33,063 nucleotides of DNA from Octopus bimaculoides (Eukaryota). The stretch covers positions 141,336,166-141,369,228 of the forward strand of contig NC_068983.1 in NCBI RefSeq assembly GCF_001194135.2, in the 5' to 3' direction. Below, one piece after another: positions 1 through 10,165 of this stretch (the stretch's first letter is position 1; each line of letters opens with the position of its first letter). The notes under the pieces are model-generated. The model had not been told where the DNA came from. It saw only the letters and a list, made by a program, of their open reading frames with translations, and searched no databases. A program made the translations under genes and the position numbers.

Positions 1-151
1 TTCTAGAGTATTCAAACTTTCAAAATCAATATCATAACAAGAATTTGAAAATTAACTTATGGAAAATGGAAAGGTGTTAATAACGTTATTTTTTGGATAA
101 CTGTTTTTATGTTATACTGTTAGCACAAGTCTTTCATATGTGAGTGTGTGT

Positions 152-197
<46 letters not shown>

Positions 198-215
198 CGA
201 GAGAGAGAAAGAAAG
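152..215. repeat. (GA)n microsatellite
   Basis: Long GA dinucleotide run, degenerating at its 3' end. Confidence 0.95.
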
Positions 216-344
216 GGAGAGAAGTGGGACATTTACTATGAAGAAGAATTTAAAATAAAATCAAAATATATATTTTAAAACAAGTATTAATTATACCTAC
301 ACACACATACACAGATAGATAAATAAACAGACAGACATGCAGTT

Positions 345-357
345 AGATAGATAGATG

Positions 358-424
<67 letters not shown>

Positions 425-451
425 TGATAGATAGATTGATAGATAGATAGA
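345..451. repeat. (GATA)n microsatellite
   Basis: Tandem gata units; these explain the spurious LSIY-repeat ORF 297..491. Confidence 0.95.
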
Positions 452-892
452 TTACGCCAGAAATCATAACGATATGATCACAGTTAGACACCAGTCAAAG
501 ACGAAGGCAGACACGCAGCTAAGTAACAACTACCATGAATATTACCCTCCCACCCATCACATATGTTCTGATATACAGCAAGGCAAACATGAGCATTCGC
601 AATTAGTTACTTGTCTTTGTTATGACTGTAATATAAGCAGATCACCTGGTTTAGGTCTAAATGCAGAACCAAAGCAAATTAGTTTTATTGGAGTAGGGCA
701 GTCTTAACCACATTATAAGCCCACACCTCGGGAAAATCGATACAGTGGGACCTAGAATATAAATTTATTAACAAGTCCTAGCATACATAGATAAATATTA
801 GATGCTTAGTGAAACCTCCAAAACAAAAACAAAAACTAAAAACAGTGACAAATGACTAAAAGAAAAAAGTAATGAATAAAGTGAAAAGCTTA

Positions 893-1162
893 ATGTGTGC
901 GTGTGTGTGTGTGTATTTGTGTGCAAATATATAAAGAATGGTGGTCAGAATTTTGAATGAAACAGACTTTTGGAAGTGGTTGACCGGTATGTATTTGTGT
1001 GTGTGTGTGTGCGCGCACGCGCGTGTTGTGCGTGTGTTTGTCTGTGTGTGTGTGCATGGGTATGCTTGTATGCATATGATTGCGTGCGTTGCCGTTTTGA
1101 ATTCCTTTCTGCGAACTTAAATTGACACCTGGCTATTAAGGACACACACACACACACACACA
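893..1162. repeat. Cluster of (GT)n/(AC)n microsatellites
   Basis: GT runs at about 895-915 and 995-1055, AC run at about 1142-1162. Confidence 0.85.
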
Positions 1163-1968
1163 TAATTTCTATTAAATACACTCTCTTTCTTGAGCATAAA
1201 AAATCCACTTCCCGGGTGACAATAACTTATATGTCAGATTGTTGCACAACTCCTAGCCGTTTTGATGAGGGAAATCGAAAAGATTTGAAATGATTTCATC
1301 AGCAATTACTTGTACCAATGAGCAGACTTTCGATAACAACACGTTGACCTCATAAGTGTCACGTGGTGGAAATAAACACAATTACCAGACTTTCATTTAT
1401 AAGACCATTTATTATTTCGTTTTTCTGGGGTTTTTTCTTTGCATTTCAATTAGAACATTTGTACACCCAATTGCGTACAAGCGCATATGTAAAATAGTGT
1501 CCTTTATTTTTTAATCATTTTCTGCTGATATCACAATAAGTGGTATATCAAAAAATAAAAATATTTAGGGGGGAAGGGCATCTGTGACTCCAAGGGTCAA
1601 AAGGAGGCGTTTGGCCAAAAATGGGTTGAGAACCTTTGGTCTGAAGCGCATGTCTCCTTAATTCAAGATAGCACAATGTGAGCTCAGAGCATCTACCTGC
1701 TATTTCAAACACGGTATTTATGAGAAAGCAATCCAAGCGAAACCCACTGCAGGTCAAATATGATCGCGCTATAATATAATGATTCATTCGAGCCACTCTA
1801 ATTTATATTTATGGGGAGATTTATTGCAACACTGATAAACCATTTCTTACACCAATTATATCAATTATGATCGCTCTTATAAATTGTATTTAATCACTGA
1901 AGTACAGCAGAGTAAATAGGATTGCTTAATGGTGATTAGGTTGTTGAATCAAACGTGTTTCACAATGC

Positions 1969-2046
<78 letters not shown>

Positions 2047-2775
2047 NNNNNNNNNNNNNNNNNNNNNNNNNNNNNNNNNNNNNNNNNNNNNNNNNNNNNN
2101 NNNNNNNNNNNNNNNNNNNNNNNNNNNNNNNNNNNNNNNNNNNNNNNNNNNNNNNNNNNNNNNNNNNNNNNNNNNNNNNNNNNNNNNNNNNNNNNNNNNN
2201 NNNNNNNNNNNNNNNNNNNNNNNNNNNNNNNNNNNNNNNNNNNNNNNNNNNNNNNNNNNNNNNNNNNNNNNNNNNNNNNNNNNNNNNNNNNNNNNNNNNN
2301 NNNNNNNNNNNNNNNNNNNNNNNNNNNNNNNNNNNNNNNNNNNNNNNNNNNNNNNNNNNNNNNNNNNNNNNNNNNNNNNNNNNNNNNNNNNNNNNNNNNN
2401 NNNNNNNNNNNNNNNNNNNNNNNNNNNNNNNNNNNNNNNNNNNNNNNNNNNNNNNNNNNNNNNNNNNNNNNNNNNNNNNNNNNNNNNNNNNNNNNNNNNN
2501 NNNNNNNNNNNNNNNNNNNNNNNNNNNNNNNNNNNNNNNNNNNNNNNNNNNNNNNNNNNNNNNNNNNNNNNNNNNNNNNNNNNNNNNNNNNNNNNNNNNN
2601 NNNNNNNNNNNNNNNNNNNNNNNNNNNNNNNNNNNNNNNNNNNNNNNNNNNNNNNNNNNNNNNNNNNNNNNNNNNNNNNNNNNNNNNNNNNNNNNNNNNN
2701 NNNNNNNNNGGAGGAGGCGGCGGCAGCGGCGGCGGCGGCGGCGGTTGTAGTAGTAGTAGTTGTTGTTGTTGTGTT
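1969..2775. repeat. (TAG)n array running into an N gap (2047-2709), followed by (GCG)n/(GTA)n/(GTT)n triplets
   Basis: Perfect tag repeats 1969-2046 and triplet runs after 2710. The true array length is unknown. Confidence 0.9.
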
Positions 2776-3099
2776 GATACTGTTGCTGTTTTTGCGCTTA
2801 CCACAACCATACCACCCTTCTATAGTATTGGCCATCTCATCAGATTTTTCGATATAAGTCAATGAGTCTGCGATTACATTAGCCAATATGACCCTGTTTT
2901 AAAAACAGAACGGCCGACATGATGAAGATTTAGCCACTAAATCTAACAGATCAAGTGATAATATATAGGCTCCGTTGTTGTTTAACATGTCATTAATTTT
3001 TAAGGTATAGATTCCGTGAATCCATCAATTCAACAAGTAATGTTTCTACACATATTTCCAACAAAGTATTAATTCATACTAGACCGAGAAAGATAGTTA

Positions 3100-3416
3100 G
3101 TTGGCACTCCGTCGCTTACGACGTCGAGGGTTCCAGTTGATCCGATCAACGGAACAGCCTGCTCGTGAAATTAACGTGCAAGTGGCTGAGCACTCCACAG
3201 ACACGTGTACTCTTAACGTTGTTCTCGGCGATATTCAGCGTGACACAGTATGACAAGGCTGACCCTTTGAATTACACGCACAACAGAAACAGGAAGTAAG
3301 AGTGAGAGAAAGTTGTGGTGAAAGAGTACAGCAGGGTTCGCCACCATCCCCTGCCGGAGCCTCGTGGAGCTTTAGGTATTTTCGCTCAATAAACACTCAC
3401 AACGCCCGGTCTGGGA
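3100..3416 (-). mobile_element. tRNA-derived SINE, family A (5' head lost in the gap)
   Basis: Reverse complement closely matches the full copy at 25184-25582, e.g. gttgatccgatcaacggaacagcctgctc and aaacactcacaacgcccggtctg. Confidence 0.9.
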
Positions 3417-4002
3417 NNNNNNNNNNNNNNNNNNNNNNNNNNNNNNNNNNNNNNNNNNNNNNNNNNNNNNNNNNNNNNNNNNNNNNNNNNNNNNNNNNNN
3501 NNNNNNNNNNNNNNNNNNNNNNNNNNNNNNNNNNNNNNNNNNNNNNNNNNNNNNNNNNNNNNNNNNNNNNNNNNNNNNNNNNNNNNNNNNNNNNNNNNNN
3601 NNNNNNNNNNNNNNNNNNNNNNNNNNNNNNNNNNNNNNNNNNNNNNNNNNNNNNNNNNNNNNNNNNNNNNNNNNNNNNNNNNNNNNNNNNNNNNNNNNNN
3701 NNNNNNNNNNNNNNNNNNNNNNNNNNNNNNNNNNNNNNNNNNNNNNNNNNNNNNNNNNNNNNNNNNNNNNNNNNNNNNNNNNNNNNNNNNNNNNNNNNNN
3801 NNNNNNNNNNNNNNNNNNNNNNNNNNNNNNNNNNNNNNNNNNNNNNNNNNNNNNNNNNNNNNNNNNNNNNNNNNNNNNNNNNNNNNNNNNNNNNNNNNNN
3901 NNNNNNNNNNNNNNNNNNNNNNNNNNNNNNNNNNNNNNNNNNNNNNNNNNNNNNNNNNNNNNNNNNNNNNNNNNNNNNNNNNNNNNNNNNNNNNNNNNNN
4001 NN
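3417..4002. other. Assembly gap (N run)
   Basis: N run. Other gaps are at 2047-2709, 13901-13910, 20520-20586 and 30462-30471. Confidence 1.
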
Positions 4003-4299
4003 TGGTCAAAAAAATTTTAACTTCTTGCATACTTCCAGCCCACAGCAACATCATATCTCCTCCACTATTTAAGTATTACGTGTCAAAAGTGAAGCAAAAA
4101 CACTTATGTCATTCGAACCGGAATCATTGTTATTATTAAATTTATGCATTTCTAATCAATTTGGAGATATTTGCTATCGAGTTGCAGATTTTTAACAATG
4201 CATTTGGTGATTATTTGCTTTATTTCTCGGGCAAAATTTACAACTTAGAATAAAAGAATAAAATTATTATTTCATTCTTTGAAATCTCCAATTTCCAAG

Positions 4300-6205
4300 G
4301 ATGCAGAAAATCCGTATTTGGATATGCGGACAGTATCACCATAATAGCGTCGGACAGCAAACACATTACGTTGTAGTATATAGCAGTGAATCAATCTCGT
4401 TTTTTGTTTAATTGATTTCGTTCTTCGGAACAAGTAACAAACTTAATTGAGTCCACAACCACATCATATGCTGAGCACAGCTAGGAGAAGTCGATGGATC
4501 TGAAACTCGGCACTTGAAGAAGAAGGTCCATATCTGTTCAATAATCCTTTCTACTATAGGCACAAAGCCTGAAATTTGGGGGAGGGGGCAGTCGATTACA
4601 TTGACCCCAGTTACTCAACCGGTACTTAATTTATCGACTCTCGAAAGGATGAAAGGCAAAGTCGACCTCGGCGGAATTTGAACTCAGAAAGTAACGGCCG
4701 ACGAAATACCGCTAAACATTTCGCCCGGCGTGCTAACGATTCTGCCAGCTCGCCACCTTCATATCTGTTCAATAATGTCGTTGGACGTTGGACAGACACG
4801 CCGGTTAAATTGATTGGGATCTCCTTTGATTCAAACTACCAAATGTACAAGAACTGCGAAGATGTGACGAACAGAGTGACTAGAATCTCCCAGATATGGG
4901 TCGAGAGGAAACTCTCCCTGAAGTGTCGGATGGAGATGGTGTATGCCTACGTCACATCAATCATCTACTATCCCGTGACTGCCATGCCTTGTCTCGCTTC
5001 GTAGCTGATTGGCATGCAGCGCTACTCTTCCGCTTTCTGTGTAAGGGATGCATTCTAGTGGTCAGAGGGTCCATTTGTGGCTGATGATGCGCAGGTATGC
5101 GCTAACGTAACAACATTTCCAGCGTTTCCCTGAGCAGATGTGATCGTCGTTTGTTAGTTGCGCTTTCCCGCAGTTCATTTCTTTCACAGAGCTGCTGTCC
5201 AGCATCAAGATTTAAACGAGCTAGGGAACCTGACATCTTGAGTATCACCAGGTGTTCGTGGCTCTCCGCCAGTCGGGCAGTGCCATCGATGAATCATTTG
5301 CCATGGCACTATTTAGAAGTTTACTGGTGGATAAGATCGATGCGGTCCCAAAAGAAAGTCTGGATATCAATAAAAATCAACTGGCTAATTTATTCCAGAG
5401 GATTTTCAGAATGGTACTTATAGATAACTTCCTGAAATCTGTAGTGCTACCGGGATGGGTTGGAGTGGGGGTATTGCCGGTACAGAATAAACCTTGCAGG
5501 GTAGTAGTGCCGTCAGCTGCGCCTGCCCGAGACGCAAACAGAACAAGGAAATCGTCCTACACGTGCGTGTACAATACCCGAATATCGCTGAGTTGTGAGG
5601 TTTTGTTTATGTTGAACAGCTGCTATTACGTGTATGATGGATCCGGCCGTCGACCGGCTCTATCGCGAAGATCGCATCGCAGCTTTCCTTTGGTCGAGAA
5701 GGTCAAGCAGTATTTTCTCTATACTGGCTATGGCGAAAGAAGTTGTGTGGTTGACGAGCCTGAAAAGACTTGTAGGCAGACACTTTCCCCTTCGATTAGT
5801 TCTCATCGACTTTTTTAAATTTTAAATTTCATTTGAAAGTGGTAGTGATTGTTAAGAGGGACATTCTGCTTCCCAATAAATTTGTGGAAAAGTAGATAAA
5901 TATGGCGAGGATGACCCGAGTGAATGACTACTTTAAGCTGACGCTTGTAGGCTGAGAACTACGGGGCAGGAAGGAGCATTGACACAGCACTCATAGCGAG
6001 TAGAGAGCGCTTAGGATCTGTGGGGTTCCTTGATACCTCTGGACTGCGTTTCCTCCGATTCGGAAATTAATTTTCGTGGCTAGAATTCTTTTGTTGTTAT
6101 TCTATTTTGTTTACGTGGTTTTGTGTAAATCTTCCAATGCAAAGACTTTGCATTGTCCTAAATGTTTGGGGGGCGAGATTTGGGCTCTTATAGCCAATAA
6201 AGAGA
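4300..6205 (+). mobile_element. Degenerate Tx1/L1-clade LINE: RT C-terminal half, Cys/His motif and 3' UTR
   Basis: Decayed YADD motif (FGYADSITIIASD, about 4317-4355), then GRWTDTPVKLIGISF..RISQIWVERKLSLKCR (RT C-terminus), a decayed CxxC..H motif (CPRRKQNKEIVLHV, about 5523-5565) and AMAKEVVW. It ends in aataaa followed by (ATC)n. Multiple stops and frameshifts. Confidence 0.7.
4546..4759 (-). mobile_element. tRNA-derived SINE, family B, with target-site duplication
   Basis: Reverse complement of gagctggcagaatcgttagcacgccgggcgaaatg...gtcgactttgcctttcatcctttcg. Flanked by the direct repeat atatctgttcaataat at 4530-4545 and 4761-4776. Confidence 0.92.
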
Positions 6206-6206
6206 G

Positions 6207-6207
<1 letters not shown>

Positions 6208-6247
<40 letters not shown>

Positions 6248-6256
6248 CCATCATCA
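6208..6256. repeat. (ATC)n microsatellite, possibly the tail or target of the Tx1-like LINE
   Basis: Tandem atc directly after aataaagagaga. Confidence 0.9.
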
Positions 6257-6258
6257 TT

Positions 6259-6484
6259 AAAGTGGTGAGCTGGCAGAATCGTTAGCACGCCGGGCGAAAT
6301 GCTTTGCGGCATTTCGTTCGTCTTTACGTTCTGAGTTCAAATTCCGCTAAGGTCGACTTTGCCTTTCACCCTTTCGGGATCTATAAATTAAGTACCAGTG
6401 AAACACTGGGGTCGATGTAATCGACTAATCCCCTTCCTCACCCCAAATTTCAGACCTTGTGTCTATAGTAGAAAGAATTATTAT
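6259..6484 (+). mobile_element. SINE family B, full length
   Basis: tRNA-like head (gagctggcagaatcgttagc...ctgagttcaaattcc), central gtcgactttgcctttca...aagtaccag domain and (att)n tail. Confidence 0.9.
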
Positions 6485-7247
6485 CGTTGTTGTTCGTCTA
6501 TCGACACGTGTTGCACGTCCCTCCCGTAAGTTTGTTGTTATTTATGCTGATACACATTGTCATTCATTGTACATTTGTTATCGTTACATAGATAAATTAA
6601 CCAGGAATTTAGGGTAGCAGACGAGGACTGTTCGTTTTCTAAACAGAACTGTTAGCTAGCCACTAAAAAGAACAGCTACATAGCAATGGTCTGTGACAGC
6701 AACAGTAGCAGTAACAACAACAACAACAATACAGCACGAAAAGTATGAAGGTATTTTTCCTTTGCTTTTACCATCACCTTTACCGTCGCAGAACAACAAA
6801 ATAAATCAATAACAAAATAACATAAATCAATAACAAAATCAATAACATCAGCGAGAACACTACCACCTCCGCCACAACGACCAGTGGTACCAAACCGCCA
6901 CGTTTGTATCCACTCAGTCCCCAATAAGCGTGGTAGGAGGTGGTGGCAGCGGAGCCAGCAGTAACAACGACTATAGCAACAGCAACAACAAAATAAACGG
7001 AAACCTATGTGTGACCCCTCCCGACACAACGGAGAAAGAAACCTCAGTATCAACTGTTTCCTTCGCGAGGGCAACCGAAAATACAGAAACAATTGCAATA
7101 AGCAGAAACGATTTAAGAGAGGCTAAGCAGATGCTAAAAAGGAGGGAGCTCACAGAATCACCCTCACACCTCCACCTGACGTGCCGGAAAACGCGTGACG
7201 CTGTACAGTGATATACCGTACAATTGGAGTGAAGTCACACCTGGTGG

Positions 7248-7420
7248 AGCAGTATTTCGTCCAACTTTACGTTTTAAGTTCAAATGTCGCCGAAGTCGAT
7301 TCGGAGTCGATAAATTAAATACCAGTGAACTACTGGGTCCATGTAGTCGACTAGTCCCCTTCCCCACCCCTCAACCAAAATTCCAGGCCTTGTGCCTTTA
7401 GTAGAAAGGATTATCATTAT
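7248..7420 (+). mobile_element. SINE family B, 5'-truncated with an internal deletion
   Basis: gtcgataaattaaataccagtg...ccttgtgcctttagtagaaaggattatc matches the family B 3' half. Confidence 0.8.
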
Positions 7421-7424
7421 TATT

Positions 7425-7610
7425 GCTACGTCGGCAAGCTGCAAGAATCATTAGCACGTCGAACAAACTGCTTTGTGATATTTGCTTGGTAAAAATCCCA
7501 ACGAGTTCAATTTTTAGGGTCAATAAAATAAAGTACCACTCAAGCACTAGAGTCTGGGTCGATGTAATCGGTTTTCCCCTTCTGTGCCAACATTAGAAAG
7601 AATTATTATT
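7425..7610 (+). mobile_element. SINE family B, degenerate
   Basis: ggcaagctgcaagaatcattagcacg...gggtcaataaaataaagtacca...ttagaaagaattattatt. Confidence 0.7.
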
Positions 7611-8189
7611 TTTCTGAAACGCGAGTGGAGGTGTGCGCACACTTCCACTCAATATTATTTGATTTTAGACACTAATCAACTTCACTTAAAAGTTAAAATA
7701 TAAATGTATAAAGTATATAACAATCTCTTATGTATTTTGTATAAATTCATATAGAACAAAGTACCTACAGAAACTTCGTAAATGTGATATAAATAGTTGT
7801 ATATTTTAACAAACACAAATGCAAGTCCAAGTTCTATTGTAAACGTGGGATGAGTTATTCATAGATGAGTTATTTCCCTTAGAATGAAGCCCATGTCACA
7901 AAGGACTAGATTTAGAATGCAAGGGAGAGAAGTCATATTAAACGTTTACTATGTTTAGAAACAGTAAATATCTCGAATTACTTCTGATAGTTGAATGTAA
8001 AAGAAATTTACCAAAGTAGATAAATTTCACTTTCAGGTATTTTGTCGGATTAATATTTTCTGACAGTGAATGGAAAAACTCGCTACATCTAAATAAGTAT
8101 TTTAATTTAATTAGGCACAAAATTTATTTCAGCACCGTAGAACTCTTCACAAAAGAAGTTAGAGAAACATAAAACACGTGTTTATATTC

Positions 8190-9374
8190 ATGGCTGCACA
8201 TTGCCTTTTAGATAAACTTATCAAATTATTAATTGAACGCTCATTCATTGTAAAACCGAGTAATTTCTTGAAAAGACAGCATACACACAATGTTTACAGC
8301 TATGGACCGCCCGGCGCATTACTTCGACATAACATTTTACAAGAATGGCGAAGGTACGTCCTCTACAACAATGAGGAGACTTTCTGGGTGGAAAATTCAA
8401 AATCCATTACTGCGGGAACTCCATCAGATACTAGTATAGGGGTGGAACATTACAATTCATCTATACTGCATCACTGTCCCGAAAACTATCTTGTCATTGC
8501 TAAACAGTTAAACAAAAAATTGTCGTTTTCTGTAGCCCACACATCTGTTTGTTTTGATCTGCAGCGAACATCGGGTGAGAACCGGTCTTTTTTAGAATCG
8601 TCCGAAAATACAGAGCTGACTGTTACACATTTCTGTCCATCCACAACCATCGTCTCCTCCTTTAGTGACTGTCATAGACGTAGACTGAAATGGTGGCGTC
8701 AGTATGCACGTTTCCCTTCCAATTTTATTTTGTCAGATCCACAGCAGTTAAATGTCAATAATGAAACTTTCCAGCTGTTTAAAGTTCAATTCCATTTTCC
8801 TTGGGGTTGGGACACCATTGAAACAATTATAAACTGGCGTGATTATCCTCTCCAAGGTATAAAAGATGTGCTTTTGTCGGATATATCTGCTCAAAGTAAA
8901 ATTCGACGTTCTGTTTCCTTACCATGTGTTATTGAATCTACAGCTATTCTAGAGAGAGCATTCTTGGCCTTCCTTCTAGATTCTTTTCAGGAGAGTATTC
9001 ACACTAATAGTAAGAGTAAGACTCGTTCTGAGTCCAAAACCAGAAGCATACTGAAACTTCACAGAAGACTTGTGCCTTATAAAATCGGTATCAGCGTAAG
9101 TGGGAGTAAGGCTTCCTATTTACGAAAGATGGCGTTACGTATTATAAAAGACATTGAAAACCTGGAACTGCAAGTATTTCATCGTTTAGACACTACTAAT
9201 TCTCTTGAGAAGCAGTATGTGATGTTTGATGAATTAGGTGTACTATTAACAATAGTTATTAATGACTCTACACTGGAAAGTGGAATTATTGGATTGCGAA
9301 GTCGTGATACATCTTTAAAAGAACCACTTCATGTTGCCACACTGAAAGATACAATTTTAAAGAATATTCAATAG
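8190..9374 (+). CDS. POLG2: Mitochondrial DNA polymerase gamma accessory subunit (Pol gamma-beta/p55), 394 aa, single coding exon
   Basis: Motifs match POLG2 along its length: YGPPGALLRHNILQEW, HRRRLKWWRQYARFPSNF, FHFPWGWDTIETI, LERAFLAFLLDSF, LKLHRRLVPYKIG, LEKQYVMFDELGVLLTIV and LESGIIGLRSRDTSLKE (GlyRS-like fold with an anticodon-binding-type C-domain). The ORF track starts at GTG 8178; the first ATG is 8190 (ttcATGG). In-frame TAG upstream at 8160-8162. Confidence 0.96.
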   Translation: MAAHCLLDKLIKLLIERSFIVKPSNFLKRQHTHNVYSYGPPGALLRHNILQEWRRYVLYNNEETFWVENSKSITAGTPSDTSIGVEHYNSSILHHCPENYLVIAKQLNKKLSFSVAHTSVCFDLQRTSGENRSFLESSENTELTVTHFCPSTTIVSSFSDCHRRRLKWWRQYARFPSNFILSDPQQLNVNNETFQLFKVQFHFPWGWDTIETIINWRDYPLQGIKDVLLSDISAQSKIRRSVSLPCVIESTAILERAFLAFLLDSFQESIHTNSKSKTRSESKTRSILKLHRRLVPYKIGISVSGSKASYLRKMALRIIKDIENLELQVFHRLDTTNSLEKQYVMFDELGVLLTIVINDSTLESGIIGLRSRDTSLKEPLHVATLKDTILKNIQ

Positions 9375-9511
9375 CAAAAATAAGTTAATTAGTTTTTAAA
9401 TACCTATATTTTTTCACATCTTGTGTTGTTTGGTTTGTTGCCTTTTGTTGACCAACTGCATCCCAGCTAATACTATCCTGTGTTTTTTTCTTTTCCCTCT
9501 CAGACAATATA

Positions 9512-9736
9512 CAGGGGTGGACAAAAGTAGGTAGTTATACAATTGCTTGATGTGAGTGGAATGTTCTTATCATTTCTCTATAATAAAAAAAAAAAGAGAG
9601 CTTCCAATGAACTAGACATCTCCCACAGATCCTTTAATCAATTTACGAATTGCTTAGGTTTAAAAAAGGAATGGAGAAATGAAAAAAACATTCCACTCAT
9701 ATTAAGCAACTGTATACCTACTTTTTCCCACCCCTG
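9512..9736. mobile_element. Tc1/mariner-type MITE (225 bp, about 50-bp TIRs, TA duplication)
   Basis: Left TA-caggggtggacaaaagtagg...gagtggaatgtt (9512-9565) is the inverse of right aacattccactc...cctactttttcccacccctg-TA (9687-9736). Confidence 0.9.
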
Positions 9737-9944
9737 TATTTAAAATGTCCTGTGTATCTCATGTTTTTAGTTGAGGGTCTCTCATTTACTTGTGATTTTA
9801 CCATATGTGAGCTGAGACCTCCATTCTAACAGTTGAGAAAGTCTTACGTACCATACAGCCCTATCGGTTTTCTTGATATGTGAGCATAGCTGTAGTTTTG
9901 TTCAATCAATTTCGTGCAGAGATGACTGAGTGATACTACCATGA

Positions 9945-10165
9945 AAGGCATCAAGCAGGCAGAATCATTAGCATGCCGAGCAAAATGTCTAACAGCATTC
10001 CATCTGTCTTTATGTTCTGAGTTCAAATTCTGGCTAGGTTGACTTTGCTATTCATGTTTTCAGGGTTGTTGAAATAAGTACCAGTTGAGCACTGAGGTTG
10101 ATGTAATCAACTGGCCTCCTACCTCCACAATTGCTGACCTTGTACCAAAATATGAAACCAATGTT
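9945..10165 (+). mobile_element. SINE family B, diverged
   Basis: ggcagaatcattagcatgccgagcaaaatg...gttctgagttcaaattct...gttgactttgctattcatg...aataagtaccagttg. Confidence 0.8.

Noticed and set aside
474-707. 77-aa plus-strand ORF near the left edge
   Set aside because: No recognisable motif or clear splice signals; length is within chance expectation.
1929-4072. Long ORFs of 222-308 aa in the ORF track
   Set aside because: They are artefacts of reading through N gaps and triplet microsatellites.
5081-5115. CTGATGA followed by a gcgca/tgcgc hairpin
   Set aside because: No GAAA box follows, and the bases encode LMMRRYAL of the LINE ORF.
5252-5818. 188-aa ORF
   Set aside because: It is a mosaic of shifted frames within the Tx1-like remnant and not an independent gene.
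8178-8189. GTG start proposed by the ORF track for POLG2
   Set aside because: In a eukaryotic nuclear gene the ATG at 8190 with +4 G is the more plausible start.
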